From an uncultured Oscillospiraceae bacterium (GTDB lineage: Bacteria; Bacillota; Clostridia; Christensenellales; Aristaeellaceae): DNA of 43,339 bases. Of the stretch, positions 1 to 11,746 are shown piece after piece. Numbering within the stretch: the stretch's first letter is position 1; each line of letters opens with the position of its first letter. The DNA lies in the NCBI GenBank assembly GCA_964449655.1, contig CAYUZP010000003.1, positions 1 to 43,339 of the forward strand, in the 5' to 3' direction. The notes below the pieces were generated by a model that was given only the letters and a program-made list of their open reading frames with translations, ran no database searches and had not been told where the DNA came from. A program made the translations under genes and the position numbers.

Positions 1-282
1 AATAGTCGCGCAAGCGCTCCTTTTCGTTTCCGACGTTCCGCCTGCCTGCTTCCGCCACAGGCGGCGGCAGGCTCCAGTCCCACTGACGGCGGCGGACTCC
101 GGTCCCCACGTGGCAGGGGCTGTATAACCAACCTTCCATGTTTGATCACGCTTTACGGCTAGCGAGCTTTGGCATACGCTGGAAAAAACGCAAAGCCCAT
201 TGCTGCGCTGCGCAAGAGCGCTTTTTCATGACACTGATCGGGAAACTTGACGCAATACAAGCGAAAGTTTCTGTATCAGGGA

Positions 283-311
283 TTGCACTTTCAAAGGAAC
301 CGTGTTATAAT
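283..311 (+). promoter_or_regulatory. SigA-type promoter upstream of tig
   Basis: TTGCAC (283-288), 17-nt spacer, TGtTATAAT (TATAAT 306-311), about 65 nt upstream of the tig ATG. Confidence 0.5.
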
Positions 312-378
312 GGAAAAAGTGCTTTGAGATCAAACGGCATGCGCAAGCGGGAAGAAAGAGCAAAAGGAGCAAAAGAGC

Positions 379-1668
379 ATGAGCAGCACCGTGACGAAGA
401 TATCCAGCAACAAGATGAAATTGACGTTCGACATCGACGCGGCGAGGTTTGACGAGGCGATGAACCGTTCCTACCTGAAGAACCGTTCGCGCGTCAACGT
501 GCCGGGTTTTCGCAAGGGCAAGGCGCCGCGCAAGCTGATTGAAAACATGTATGGCGAGAGCATCTTCTACGAGGATGCGTTCGATGAGATATTTGACGAG
601 GTCTATGAGCCCGCCGTCAGCGAGAACGACATCAAGGCGGTGGATCGGCCCGAGATCGAGATACAGCAGATCGGCGCGGGGAAGAACCTGCTGTTCACCT
701 GCGAGGTGTTCGTCTACCCGGATGTGACGCTGTGCGAGTACAAGGGCATCAAGGTAAAGCGCGTGCACACGCAGGTCACGGACGAGCAGGTTGACGCGCG
801 CATAGAGAGCGACAGGCAAAAGCAGGCGGCGGAGATCTCCATCGACGATCGTCCGGTCAAGGAAGGGGACACGGTGGACCTTGACTATGCCGGAACGCTG
901 GATGGAAAGGCGTTTGCGGGCGGCACGGCGGTGGGGCAGTCGCTCAAGATCGGCTCGCACACGTTCATACCGGGCTTTGAGGAGCAGGTGATCGGCATGA
1001 GCATCGGCGAGGAGCGCGATCTGACGGTCACATTCCCCACGCAGTACCATGCCGAGGACCTGGCGGGCAAGGAAGCCGTCTTTCACGTGAAGGTCAACGC
1101 CATCACAGAGACGCAGCTTCCAGCGCTTGACGACGAATTTGCCAAGGACATCAGCGAATTTGACACGCTTGAGGAGTACCGCGCGGACGTTCGCGCCAAG
1201 CTGGAGGCGCAGGCGGCGCAGGCGGACAAGAACGCGCAGACGAATGCCGTATTGGACGCCGTCATCAAGCAGTCGACGGTCGACGTGCCCGCGCCGATGA
1301 CACAGCGGCAGATCGATTCCATGGTGCGCGACTTTGACTATCGCCTGCGCGCACAGGGTCTCACGATAGAGGATTACTTTAAGTACACGGGCCAGACCGA
1401 GCAGGCCTTGCGCGAGAGCTACCGCGAGCAGGCGGAGTACAGCGTCAAGGCGCATCTCGTGCTCACGGAGATCGAAAAGGCGGAGCACATCGACGCGACG
1501 GAGGACGAGATCGACGCGCAGATCCTGCAATTGAGCGAGCAGATGGGCAAGACGCTTGACGAGGTCAAGGCCTCGCTGACCGAGGATGACCGCGAGTACT
1601 TCAAGGCCGATGCCGTGCGCGACAACGCGATACGCTTCCTCGTGGACAACGCGGTCATTGAGGACTGA
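379..1668 (+). CDS. tig: trigger factor (ribosome-associated chaperone / PPIase)
   Basis: 429-aa ORF with the N-terminal ribosome-binding signature GFRKGKAP and a central FKBP-like segment. It sits directly upstream of clpP-clpX, as is typical. Confidence 0.95.
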   Translation: MSSTVTKISSNKMKLTFDIDAARFDEAMNRSYLKNRSRVNVPGFRKGKAPRKLIENMYGESIFYEDAFDEIFDEVYEPAVSENDIKAVDRPEIEIQQIGAGKNLLFTCEVFVYPDVTLCEYKGIKVKRVHTQVTDEQVDARIESDRQKQAAEISIDDRPVKEGDTVDLDYAGTLDGKAFAGGTAVGQSLKIGSHTFIPGFEEQVIGMSIGEERDLTVTFPTQYHAEDLAGKEAVFHVKVNAITETQLPALDDEFAKDISEFDTLEEYRADVRAKLEAQAAQADKNAQTNAVLDAVIKQSTVDVPAPMTQRQIDSMVRDFDYRLRAQGLTIEDYFKYTGQTEQALRESYREQAEYSVKAHLVLTEIEKAEHIDATEDEIDAQILQLSEQMGKTLDEVKASLTEDDREYFKADAVRDNAIRFLVDNAVIED

Positions 1669-1764
1669 TAAAAAAGCGACAAGGCCGGCAGGGCTTGTGT
1701 AGCGCGCTGCTTAAAACATGGTTTATATCCTTAAAAAACGACGGCGAAACGGAGGCGTCTAAAC

Positions 1765-2376
1765 ATGTCCCAACTTGATTACTTTGAACCCAGCGTCATC
1801 GAAAAGACGCCTTACGGTGAACGCGCGTATGACGTCTATTCGAGGCTGCTCAAGGACCGCGTGATCTTTTTGCGCGGCGAGGTGAACGACGCGCTGGCCA
1901 ACAGCATCGTAGCGCAGCTCTTGTTCCTTGAGATGGAGGATCCCGACGCGGAGATCTCCATGTACATCAACAGCCCGGGCGGGAGCGTCACGGACGGCAT
2001 GGCGATATTTGACACCATGCGCTACGTGAAGCCCAAGATCAGGACGGTCTGCCTGGGGATGGCCGCGTCGATGGGCGCGTTTTTGCTGATGGCGGGCGAA
2101 CCGGGCATGAGGCTCGCGCTGCCCAATGCCGAGGTGATGATCCATCAGCCCAGCGGCGGCGCGCAGGGCCAGGCGACGGATGTGCAGCTTCAGGCGCGGT
2201 GGCTGCAGCGCACGAAACAGAAGATGAACGCGCTGATGAGCGAAATGACGAAACAGCCGCTGGAGCGCATCGAGCGGGACGTGGAGCGCGATTGCTTCAT
2301 GACCGCGCAGGAGGCGCTTGAGTATGGCATCATCGACGAGATCTATCCTGCGCGCGACAAGCGTGCGGGCAAGTGA
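1765..2376 (+). CDS. clpP: ATP-dependent Clp protease proteolytic subunit
   Basis: 203 aa. Catalytic Ser context [11 protein letters not shown] and His context [16 protein letters not shown] 8 nt upstream. Confidence 0.97.
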   Translation: MSQLDYFEPSVIEKTPYGERAYDVYSRLLKDRVIFLRGEVNDALANSIVAQLLFLEMEDPDAEISMYINSPGGSVTDGMAIFDTMRYVKPKIRTVCLGMAASMGAFLLMAGEPGMRLALPNAEVMIHQPSGGAQGQATDVQLQARWLQRTKQKMNALMSEMTKQPLERIERDVERDCFMTAQEALEYGIIDEIYPARDKRAGK

Positions 2377-2406
2377 GCGCGGACAGAGGGCCGTTTGAGG
2401 TGCGAA

Positions 2407-3717
<1,311 letters not shown>

Positions 3718-3732
3718 CGCAAATAACAAAGG

Positions 3733-3765
3733 CCGCCGGGCCAGCCCCGGCGGTTTGCTTATTTT
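3733..3765 (+). terminator. intrinsic terminator after clpX
   Basis: 8-bp all-GC stem CCGCCGGG / CCCGGCGG with a 5-nt loop, followed by TTTGCTTATTTT. Confidence 0.6.
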
Positions 3766-3802
3766 AAGGCTTTTAGGGCGCTTATAGGCGGCGCGCCTTT
3801 CG

Positions 3803-3831
3803 TTGCAAAGTGGAGAAGAATCGGGTATAAT
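3803..3831 (+). promoter_or_regulatory. SigA-type promoter upstream of lon
   Basis: TTGCAA (3803-3808), 17-nt spacer, TATAAT (3826-3831). AAAGGAGGG RBS lies before the TTG start at 3858. Confidence 0.5.
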
Positions 3832-3857
3832 AAGGACAGGCAAAGGAGGGATGTGCA

Positions 3858-6323
3858 TTGGCCAAGAGCGCGAAGAAGTACAGGAAGAAATCCGTGACGC
3901 TGCCGATGCTGCCGCTGCGGGGATTGATGCTTTTCCCGCACATGGTGCTGCACTTTGACGTCGGCCGCGAAAAGTCCGTGACCGCCCTTGAACAGGCGAT
4001 GACGAACGACCAGAGGATCTTCCTGACGGCGCAGGTGGATGTCGACGTGGACGAGCCGGAGGACAGCGATATCTACCGCGTGGGCACGATCGCCACGATC
4101 AAGCAGCTGCTCAAGCTGCCCAGCGACAATTTGCGCGTGCTGGTCGAGGGCGTGAGTCGGGCAACGCTGCGCGCCATCACGCAGGAGGACCCGTACATGG
4201 AAGGCGCTTTGGACGAAATCATCCCGTCCCCCGTGCCGATGTCCATCGAGACGGACGCGCTGCTGCACACGGCGCATAGCTGCTTTGAGGAATACTGCAG
4301 GGCGAGCGGGCGCATATCGACCGAGACGATGCAGCATGTCATGGAGATCGAGGATCCGGGCGAGCTGGCGGACGTGATCGCGGCGAACGTGATGACGAAA
4401 TTGGAGGACAGGCAGGGCGTATTGGAGGAGTTTGACAGCCTGAAGCGGCTGGAGTCGGTCTGCGCGGCGCTCATGCGCGAGACGGAGCTGGCGAGCGTCG
4501 AAAAAAAGGTGCAGGCCCGCGTGCGCAAACAGATAGAGCAAAATCAAAAGGATTACTTCCTGCGCGAGCAGATCAAGGCGATACAGACGGAACTGGGCGA
4601 CAAGGACGCGACGGATGTGCAGGATCTGCGCGAAAAGCTCGAAACGACGCCCATGAACGACGAGGCGCACGAGAGGGTGGAGCGCGAACTGGACAGGCTC
4701 TCCCACATGGTGCCAGGCAGCCCCGAGATCGGCGTGAGCCGCACGTACATCGAGACGATACTGGAACTGCCGTGGGGCCATTACACGCCGGACAACCTGG
4801 ATTTAAAGCGCGCGCGGCGTGTGCTTGCCGAGGATCACTATGGCCTGACCGAGGTGAAGGAGCGCGTCATCGAATACCTTGCCGTGTGCAGGATCAAGAA
4901 GAACATGAAGGGCCCCGTGCTCTGCTTTGTCGGCCCGCCGGGCGTGGGCAAGACATCCATCGCGCGGAGCATCGCCCGGGCGCTGGGCAGAAGGTTTGTG
5001 CAGATGTCATTGGGCGGTGTGCGCGACGAGGCGGAGATACGCGGCCATCGCAGGACGTACATCGGCGCGATACCGGGGCGCATCATCTCCTCGATCAAGC
5101 AGGCGGGGACGATGAATCCGGTCTTCCTGTTTGACGAGATCGACAAGATGGCTCAGGACGTGCGCGGAGACCCGGCGAGCGCGATGCTGGAGGTTTTAGA
5201 CAGCGCGCAGAACAGCACGTTCCGCGATCACTATCTGGAGGCGCCGTTTGATCTTTCCAGCGTCATGTTCATCACGACGGCCAACACGGTGGATACGATA
5301 CCGCGGCCGCTGCTTGACCGCATGGAGCTCATCGAGGTCAGCGGCTACACGCAAGAGGAGAAGCTGAACATCGCCAAGCGGCATCTCTTGCCCGATCAGA
5401 TTCGCGAGCACGGCTTGCCGCCCAAGAGCGTGCGGATGTCCGACAAGGTCCTGCGCCAACTGATCGAGGGATACACGCTGGAGGCGGGCGTGCGCAGGCT
5501 TCAAAGGACGATAGGCAAGGTCGTGCGCAAGAGCGCTGTGCAGATGATCGACGAGGGCGAGGAGACGGTGACGGTCACGCCCGAAAAGCTGGAGGAATTC
5601 CTGGGCGCGCCTCGCTTTCACTATGAAAAGGCGGCGAAAAAGCCGGAGGTCGGCGTCGTCAATGGCCTGGCGTACACGGTCGTGGGCGGCGATACGCTGC
5701 AGATCGAGTCCACGACGATGCCCGGAAACGGTATGCTGGAGCTGACCGGAAGCCTGGGCGATGTCATGAAGGAGAGCGCACATGCCGCGCGGTCGTATGT
5801 GCGCGCGCACGCGCAGGAGCTGGGGATCGATCCCGAGTTTTACAAGAAACTGGACATCCACATTCACGTGCCGGAGGGCGCTGTACCCAAGGACGGCCCC
5901 AGTGCGGGCGTGACGATGGCGACGGCGCTGGTCTCCGCGCTGACGGGGATTGCCGTGCGCCAAAGCGTCGCAATGACGGGCGAGATCACGCTGCGCGGAC
6001 GCGTGCTGCCCATCGGCGGCTTGAAGGAAAAGCTGCTGGCGGCGCACAGGGCGGGCATAGAGACCGTGCTCATACCGCGTGAAAACGTGAAGGATTTGGA
6101 GGAAGTGCCCGAAAACGTGCGCGAGGCGATGGAGATCGTGCCGGTTGACGATGTGAGCGAGGTGCTCCTGAGGGCCCTGTGCGAGCGGCCCGGAACGCTG
6201 CAGGCGCCTAAAAGCGCGCACAAGTCCCAGCACGCGGCGCACAAGCACGCGCAGCCCGCGAAGGAGCCGCAGGAAGACGCGCCTGACGAAGATGATCAGG
6301 GCGGCGAGGAGGACGGCGCATGA
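3858..6323 (+). CDS. lon: ATP-dependent protease Lon (LonA type)
   Basis: 821 aa. N-terminal LON substrate domain ([16 protein letters not shown]), Walker A GPPGVGKT, and the protease Ser motif PKDGPSAGV. It has an unusual His/Lys-rich then acidic C-terminal tail. TTG start. Confidence 0.95.
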   Translation: MAKSAKKYRKKSVTLPMLPLRGLMLFPHMVLHFDVGREKSVTALEQAMTNDQRIFLTAQVDVDVDEPEDSDIYRVGTIATIKQLLKLPSDNLRVLVEGVSRATLRAITQEDPYMEGALDEIIPSPVPMSIETDALLHTAHSCFEEYCRASGRISTETMQHVMEIEDPGELADVIAANVMTKLEDRQGVLEEFDSLKRLESVCAALMRETELASVEKKVQARVRKQIEQNQKDYFLREQIKAIQTELGDKDATDVQDLREKLETTPMNDEAHERVERELDRLSHMVPGSPEIGVSRTYIETILELPWGHYTPDNLDLKRARRVLAEDHYGLTEVKERVIEYLAVCRIKKNMKGPVLCFVGPPGVGKTSIARSIARALGRRFVQMSLGGVRDEAEIRGHRRTYIGAIPGRIISSIKQAGTMNPVFLFDEIDKMAQDVRGDPASAMLEVLDSAQNSTFRDHYLEAPFDLSSVMFITTANTVDTIPRPLLDRMELIEVSGYTQEEKLNIAKRHLLPDQIREHGLPPKSVRMSDKVLRQLIEGYTLEAGVRRLQRTIGKVVRKSAVQMIDEGEETVTVTPEKLEEFLGAPRFHYEKAAKKPEVGVVNGLAYTVVGGDTLQIESTTMPGNGMLELTGSLGDVMKESAHAARSYVRAHAQELGIDPEFYKKLDIHIHVPEGAVPKDGPSAGVTMATALVSALTGIAVRQSVAMTGEITLRGRVLPIGGLKEKLLAAHRAGIETVLIPRENVKDLEEVPENVREAMEIVPVDDVSEVLLRALCERPGTLQAPKSAHKSQHAAHKHAQPAKEPQEDAPDEDDQGGEEDGA

Positions 6324-6937
6324 TCGTAAAGCGCGCGCAATTCATCACGTCGATGAAGGAATACGGCGATTTTGCCGGGAAGGGCTGTCCGGAGATCGCG
6401 TTTGCGGGCAGGAGCAATGTGGGCAAGTCGTCGATGATCAACTGCATAGCGGGCCAAAACGCTCTGGCGCGCACGAGCGCGGCGCCGGGCAAGACGCGCT
6501 TGATCAACGTATATAGTATCAACGGGGAGATCAACCTATTGGACCTGCCGGGCTACGGCTACGCGCGGGTCAGCAAGCAGGAGAAGGCTTCCTGGGGAAT
6601 CATGATGCAGGACTACTTTGCGCGCACGGAGGATCTGCGCGGCGTCGTTCACCTGGTGGACATACGCCACGAGCCCAGCGCGGAGGACCGCGATATGAAC
6701 CTCTTCCTGCGAAAGACGGGCAGAGCGTTCCTCGTCGTGGCGACGAAGGCGGACAAGATCAATAGAAGCGCGCTTTTTGAGCACATCGCGCCGATATGCC
6801 GCGCGCTGCAGGTGCAGCCTTGGCAGGTGCTGCCGTTTTCCGCGGAGGACAAAACGGGGCGGGAGGCGCTGCTTGAGTGGATTGGGCAAACCTGCTATGA
6901 GGACGCGGGGACGCCCGAGGATGCGCAAAAGCGCTGA
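6320..6937 (+). CDS. engB: ribosome biogenesis GTPase EngB/YsxC/YihA
   Basis: 205 aa. G1 motif GRSNVGKSS and DLPGYGY. The ATGA overlap with the lon stop matches the conserved lon-ysxC order of Firmicutes. Confidence 0.93.
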   Translation: MIVKRAQFITSMKEYGDFAGKGCPEIAFAGRSNVGKSSMINCIAGQNALARTSAAPGKTRLINVYSINGEINLLDLPGYGYARVSKQEKASWGIMMQDYFARTEDLRGVVHLVDIRHEPSAEDRDMNLFLRKTGRAFLVVATKADKINRSALFEHIAPICRALQVQPWQVLPFSAEDKTGREALLEWIGQTCYEDAGTPEDAQKR

Positions 6938-7030
6938 GGCCGGGCTTTTAAGCGGGATGAATGAGGGCCGTCAAGGGCGCTTTGACGCCACTATGACGCG
7001 CATCACTGTGAAGAGGATGGGAGTCGGGAC

Positions 7031-8053
7031 ATGCTGCCGTTCGTATCGATCATATTGCCCGTGCGCAATGAGGAAAAGTACATCACCGCGTGCGTAGACT
7101 CCATATTCGCGCAGGACTATCCCGCGGACAGCCTGGAAGTGATCTTTGTGGACGGGCGAAGCGAGGACCGGACCGTGGCGATGCTGGAGGAGATGCGCAA
7201 AAGCCATCCGCAGATCACGGTGCTGGACAATCCGAACCGCACGGTGCCCTACGCGATGAACATCGGCATTCGCGCCTGCCGGGGTGATGTGATCGTGCGC
7301 ATGGACGCACATGCCGAGTATCCGCCCGATTACGTGCGGCTTTCGGTCAACACGCTGCTGACGCACGACTGCGACAACGCGGGCGGCGTGTTTGAGACGC
7401 GCGGGCGCGGGTTCATGGGCGAGGCGATCGCGCAGATGCTCAGTACGCCATTGGGCGTGGGCAACGCGGCCTACCGGCTGACCGACCGCGATGGGTACGT
7501 CGACACGGTGCCCTTTGGCTGCTTTAAAAAGGAGCTGTTTGACCGAATCGGCGGGTTCGACGAGCGCATGACGCGCAACCAGGACAACGAGCTGAACTTC
7601 CGCATTCGCAGGCATGGCGGGAAGATCTATCTCAATCACAACATACGGGTGATCTATTATTGCCGGGATACGATGCGCGGCATATTGCGCATGGGATTCA
7701 TGAACGGCAAGTGGAACGTGATCACGATGGCGCTTGTGCCCGGCTCCATGGGCGTGCGCCACTTTGTGCCGCTGGCGTTTGTGCTCTCAACGATACTGCT
7801 TTTGCTATTGACGCTTTTGACCAGGAGCATGTTTACAGGCGGGCTGCTCTCGCTTTTATGGGGCGCGTATCTGCTTTTAGACGCCTTTTATGCCTACACG
7901 ATCGCAAAGGAAAAGGGATGGCGCTTTTTTCCGGTGGAGTTCATCCTCTATCCGTCGTTCCACTTCGCTTACGGCTTTGGATCGATTTTAGGCATCGCGG
8001 CGCTGCCAAGGTTCCTGCGCGAGGAGCGGCAAAAAAGGGGGCGCGGCGCATGA
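7031..8053 (+). CDS. family 2 glycosyltransferase (ExoA-like, with C-terminal TM helices)
   Basis: VSIILPVRNEE...FVDGRSEDRT...RMDAHAEYPPDY pattern typical of GT2/ExoA-like enzymes, with a hydrophobic C-terminal third. Confidence 0.85.
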   Translation: MLPFVSIILPVRNEEKYITACVDSIFAQDYPADSLEVIFVDGRSEDRTVAMLEEMRKSHPQITVLDNPNRTVPYAMNIGIRACRGDVIVRMDAHAEYPPDYVRLSVNTLLTHDCDNAGGVFETRGRGFMGEAIAQMLSTPLGVGNAAYRLTDRDGYVDTVPFGCFKKELFDRIGGFDERMTRNQDNELNFRIRRHGGKIYLNHNIRVIYYCRDTMRGILRMGFMNGKWNVITMALVPGSMGVRHFVPLAFVLSTILLLLLTLLTRSMFTGGLLSLLWGAYLLLDAFYAYTIAKEKGWRFFPVEFILYPSFHFAYGFGSILGIAALPRFLREERQKRGRGA

Positions 8054-9174
8054 GCATACTGCACATCTGCTGCAATCTGGCGGGGAGCGGCGTGTTTAAG
8101 GAGATGTTCGAGGCGCTGCGGGACGAGGGCGTGGAGCAGATCGTGTTCGTGCCTGAAAAGCGCAAAGAGAACCTGGGGCGCGGGCAGCCGGAGGGCGTGA
8201 CGGTGCATGACGTGCTGACCGTGCGAAAGAGCGACAGCCTATTTTTTAGCCGCAAGGCGAAAAGGACGGTGCCGGAGATATTGCGGCGCGTTGACATGCG
8301 GGATGTGAGACTTGTCCACGCGCACACGCTGTTCACCGACGGTTCGATCGCGCTGCGCTTGAGTCAGCAGACGGGTGTGCCGTACATCGTCACGCTGCGC
8401 TACAGCGATATCGACGTGATCTGGCGTTTGGAACCGCATCTGCGTCCGTTGGCGCGGGAAATCCTTCGCGGCGCACAGCGCATCGTGTTCCTCAGCGAGG
8501 GCGTTCGCGCGCGCGTGCTTGAAAGCTGGCAAAGCGGCGCGGAGAGGGAGGAGATGGCATCGCGCAGCGTGGTGATCCCGAACGGGATTTCTCCGGCGTG
8601 GATGGACGGCGAGCCGCGGCTTGGCGTGCGGGAGCCCGTGCGCGTGGGGTTCGCGGGGCGTTTGAACCGGCGAAAGCGGCCGCTGGACGCGCTGGCGGCG
8701 GTGCGCGAGGCATCCTCGCGGGGCGGGCCGGCGTTCGTGCTGTGCGCGGCAGGCAGCGGACCGCTGGAGGGGAAGCTGAAGCAAGCGATGCGCCCGGAGG
8801 ACCGCTACTTTGGGCAAATCGAGGGCTTGGACGCGATGAAGCGGTTCTACGCGGGCTGCGACGTGCTGCTGGTGCCTTCCAGCGCGGAGACGTTTGGCAT
8901 GGTGTACCTCGAGGCGATGAGCCAGGGCGTGCCGGTGATCTACACGCGCGGGCAGGGCTTTGACGGGCAGTTTGCCGAGGGCGAGGTCGGTTACAGCGCG
9001 CCGTGCGGGGACACAAGGGCGCAGGCGGACAGGCTGATCCAGATCCTTGACAACTATGCGGAGCGCTCAAAGCGCTGTGTGCAGCGTGCGGCGGGATACG
9101 CGTCCCCGATCGTCGCGCAGAAGCTGATTCAATTGTACGCGAGTGTATGCAGGCATTGTGATGGAGACGGCTGA
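8050..9174 (+). CDS. family 4 (GT-B) glycosyltransferase
   Basis: Starts MSILHICCNLAGSG at an ATGA overlap with the upstream stop. C-terminal EX7E-like motif SSAETFGMVYLEAMSQGVPVI. The 130-aa N-terminal extension in the ORF track overlaps the previous gene and was discarded. Confidence 0.85.
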   Translation: MSILHICCNLAGSGVFKEMFEALRDEGVEQIVFVPEKRKENLGRGQPEGVTVHDVLTVRKSDSLFFSRKAKRTVPEILRRVDMRDVRLVHAHTLFTDGSIALRLSQQTGVPYIVTLRYSDIDVIWRLEPHLRPLAREILRGAQRIVFLSEGVRARVLESWQSGAEREEMASRSVVIPNGISPAWMDGEPRLGVREPVRVGFAGRLNRRKRPLDALAAVREASSRGGPAFVLCAAGSGPLEGKLKQAMRPEDRYFGQIEGLDAMKRFYAGCDVLLVPSSAETFGMVYLEAMSQGVPVIYTRGQGFDGQFAEGEVGYSAPCGDTRAQADRLIQILDNYAERSKRCVQRAAGYASPIVAQKLIQLYASVCRHCDGDG

Positions 9175-9210
9175 TCTCAAATCATATTTAGACAGGGGGG
9201 AGTGTTGCGC

Positions 9211-10404
9211 GTGTGTTCCTCGCCGCTGCGCGTGCTGGTCATGGTTCACAGGCAGATGGACCATTCGCCGTACTGTACCTATGTGCATGAGCAGGCGAAA
9301 GCGCTCAAGGCGCGCGGGATTGACGTGCGCGTGATCTCGTGCGTGTGCGTGCCGCCGTTTGCATCGCGATTTCGGCCCCACAGCGCTCAGATCATCGCCA
9401 ATACGCCCGAGTCTTCGCTGATCGACGGCATCCCCGTGCGCTTCCCGCGCTGTCGGAGTTTCGGCAATGCGGGCGAGCGCATACTGGGCGGACGGCTCAT
9501 CGCGCGCGCGGCGCTGCCCATCGCGCGGCAATGGCATACGCAGCGACCCTTTGACATCGTCCACGCGCACATGCTGCCCGCGGACGGCCACGCGGGGCTG
9601 CTCATCTCTCGCGCGCTCGGCATTCCCTGCGCGCTGACGGTTCATGGCACGGACGTGCTGCGTTCGTTCATCCCGGGCAAGGCGCCCTCGCGGCGCTGCG
9701 CGTCCATTGCGTCTGGCGTCGATGCGCTGATGGCGGTATCGACATTGCTCCTTTCTCGAGTGCAGCCGTATCGCGCGGGGGACAAGCTGACGCGCGTCGT
9801 GCCAAACGGCGTCGATCTATCGCTTTTGCCGGAAAAGAGCGAGCGCGTGCCGGGCAGCATCATTTCCGTCGGAACGCTCAAGGCGCGCAAGTGCATGGAC
9901 CGCACATTGGAGGCGTTCGCGAATCTGGCGGGCGACTTTCCCCACGCGACGCTGACGATCGTCGGGGAGGGGGAGATGGAGGACGCGCTGCGCGCGCGCA
10001 TCGAGCAGCTGGGCTTGCGGCATCGCGTGACGCTCACGGGCAGTCTGCCGCACGAGGAGGTGCTCAAACGGATGGCGAGGAGCGATCTGTTCGTGCTGCC
10101 CAGCTGGGGCGAGGGGTACGGCATCGTATACATCGAGGCGATGGCGGCGGGCTGTATCGCTGTCGGCGCGCGGGGCGAGGGCATAGAGGACACGATCAAA
10201 GACGGCGAAAACGGCTTTCTCGTGCCCGCGGGGGATGTCCAGCAGACGGAACGCGTGATGCGCTGTGTGCTGCAAAACCCATATCGGTTTGAGGCGCTGC
10301 GAGAGCGCGGGCAAAATGACGCGCGAGAGCTCACCTGGGCGCGCAACGCGCAGGCAACGGAGGATGTCTATCGCGAGGCGACCCGCAGATTTCGCGCTGG
10401 CTAA
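9211..10404 (+). CDS. family 4 (GT-B) glycosyltransferase
   Basis: LPSWGEGYGIVYIEAMAAGCIAVG EX7E motif. The start is ambiguous: GTG 9202, GTG 9211 or ATG 9241. GTG 9211 has the best spacing from the GGGGGGAG RBS. Confidence 0.82.
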   Translation: MCSSPLRVLVMVHRQMDHSPYCTYVHEQAKALKARGIDVRVISCVCVPPFASRFRPHSAQIIANTPESSLIDGIPVRFPRCRSFGNAGERILGGRLIARAALPIARQWHTQRPFDIVHAHMLPADGHAGLLISRALGIPCALTVHGTDVLRSFIPGKAPSRRCASIASGVDALMAVSTLLLSRVQPYRAGDKLTRVVPNGVDLSLLPEKSERVPGSIISVGTLKARKCMDRTLEAFANLAGDFPHATLTIVGEGEMEDALRARIEQLGLRHRVTLTGSLPHEEVLKRMARSDLFVLPSWGEGYGIVYIEAMAAGCIAVGARGEGIEDTIKDGENGFLVPAGDVQQTERVMRCVLQNPYRFEALRERGQNDARELTWARNAQATEDVYREATRRFRAG

Positions 10405-10413
10405 AACGGGGGG

Positions 10414-11745
10414 ATGACGATGAAAAGGCAAAGCGTCGACGGCACGGGCATGCTGGAGATGTACGACAGGGCGACCGGCGTGTTTAACGAGATATTCGAT
10501 CAACGGCTGCTGACCGTCGCGCTGCTCGCGCTGTTAGGCTACTGCACGCTGTTCACGCAGCGCAAATTCCCGATGCGCTGGATGGTCTTCGTGCTCTTTG
10601 GCATGATACTGCTCCTGTTCGTGACGCTGACGGCGCGCGTTCCCGGCCGGGCGCGTGTGCGCTTTCACAGCGGCATGGCGGCGCTCTGGCTCGCGCTGCA
10701 CGTCATGATGGTCATCAGCGGCCTGTTCTATTCAGACTGGCTGCCGGAGAGCGTGCCCCTTCTGATCGTCTATCCTGTCGTATTTTCGGTGTTCGCCTCG
10801 CGGGACGACGAGGATACGTTTCGCGCGATACTGCGCGCGGCGGTGTTCGCGGTGCTGCCGTTTTTGCTTTGGAGCATCGTCGCGGTGCCTGTGACGCTGG
10901 GGTACCCGGGCTATCGCGGCGTGTTCTACGATGCGAACTGCCTGTCCATGGCCTGTATCGTGATGACGACGGCGGCGCTCGTGCTCTTCTACGCGACAAA
11001 GGGCAAAGGGCGCATAGGCTACGGGCTTTGCGCGCTGCTGGGCGCGGTCATGCTGGTGCTTTCGCTTTCCCGTTCGGGGCTGCTCGCGCTGCTGGGCGTG
11101 ATCGTGATCCTGGCCGCGGCGATCATCGCGGGCACGGCAAGGCATCCTGCGCGGCTGCTCATGGCGCTGCTTTTGTTTGTCGTGCTGGCCGCGTCTGGCC
11201 TTGTGGCGATCACGCTTGACAAGATGCACGAGGCGGCAGTCGAGGATTACGAGATGGCCGTGCACAATTATGAGACATACGGCACACCGATCACCGTGCC
11301 GCCGCCCGAGGAACGGACGCTGACGATGGACGATCTGACCAGTGACCGCTGGGGCATCTGGATGACGATACTGCACAATCTGACCTGGAACGGACATGAG
11401 TCCAGCATCGTTTGGGAGTGGGTTGCGCAGGACGGCGCGGGTGAGCGTCTCTTCAACGCGCACAACGCGTTTTTGGGTGTCACATACAACAACGGCTACA
11501 TCGCGGGGCTTTTGCTTGTCGCCTACACGCTGCTCGCGCTGACGCGTGCCGTGCGCTATTATTGGCTGCACAGGAAGCAGAGTCGATTCGCGGCGACGCC
11601 TCTCGCCTTTTGCGCTGTGTTCATCCTCGTGGGCATGTTTGAATCGGTCTACGCGCCCTTTTCGATCATCGGCTGCTCGTTTTTGCTCGTGCAGGCGCCG
11701 CTCTGGCGCGCGGATCTGTCAAGAAGCGGCGCGGAGGTCGATTGA
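10414..11745 (+). CDS. O-antigen ligase / Wzy-like polysaccharide polymerase (polytopic membrane protein)
   Basis: 443 aa with about 10 or more hydrophobic helices, and a periplasmic-loop-like segment followed by NAHNAFLGVTYNNGY (a Wzy_C-type H-N-x-F-L signature). Confidence 0.72.
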   Translation: MTMKRQSVDGTGMLEMYDRATGVFNEIFDQRLLTVALLALLGYCTLFTQRKFPMRWMVFVLFGMILLLFVTLTARVPGRARVRFHSGMAALWLALHVMMVISGLFYSDWLPESVPLLIVYPVVFSVFASRDDEDTFRAILRAAVFAVLPFLLWSIVAVPVTLGYPGYRGVFYDANCLSMACIVMTTAALVLFYATKGKGRIGYGLCALLGAVMLVLSLSRSGLLALLGVIVILAAAIIAGTARHPARLLMALLLFVVLAASGLVAITLDKMHEAAVEDYEMAVHNYETYGTPITVPPPEERTLTMDDLTSDRWGIWMTILHNLTWNGHESSIVWEWVAQDGAGERLFNAHNAFLGVTYNNGYIAGLLLVAYTLLALTRAVRYYWLHRKQSRFAATPLAFCAVFILVGMFESVYAPFSIIGCSFLLVQAPLWRADLSRSGAEVD

Positions 11746-11746
11746 C

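Noticed and set aside
138-452. 104-aa plus-strand ORF overlapping the tig promoter and start
   Set aside because: It covers the promoter and RBS of tig, lies in a different frame from tig, and has no RBS of its own.
226-1530. 434-aa minus-strand ORF
   Set aside because: It is antisense to the unambiguous trigger factor gene and has the same Arg/Leu-rich artefact composition.
1669-1764. CtsR or CIRCE heat-shock operators upstream of clpP (also checked at 3718-3857 upstream of lon)
   Set aside because: I looked for tandem GGTCAAA heptads and for TTAGCACTC-N9-GAGTGCTAA and found neither.
6938-7030. Riboswitch (for example c-di-GMP) or G4 element upstream of the glycan locus
   Set aside because: No conserved riboswitch core is recognisable. 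Four GGG tracts are present, but the loops are 7-10 nt, longer than in the other G-rich elements, and there is no similarity to the 39-nt repeat.
7660-8049. 130-codon N-terminal extension of the GT4 ORF (track entry 7660-9174)
   Set aside because: It overlaps the C-terminal TM region of the GT2 gene in another frame. The ATG at 8050 with an ATGA stop/start overlap gives a normal GT4 N-terminus.
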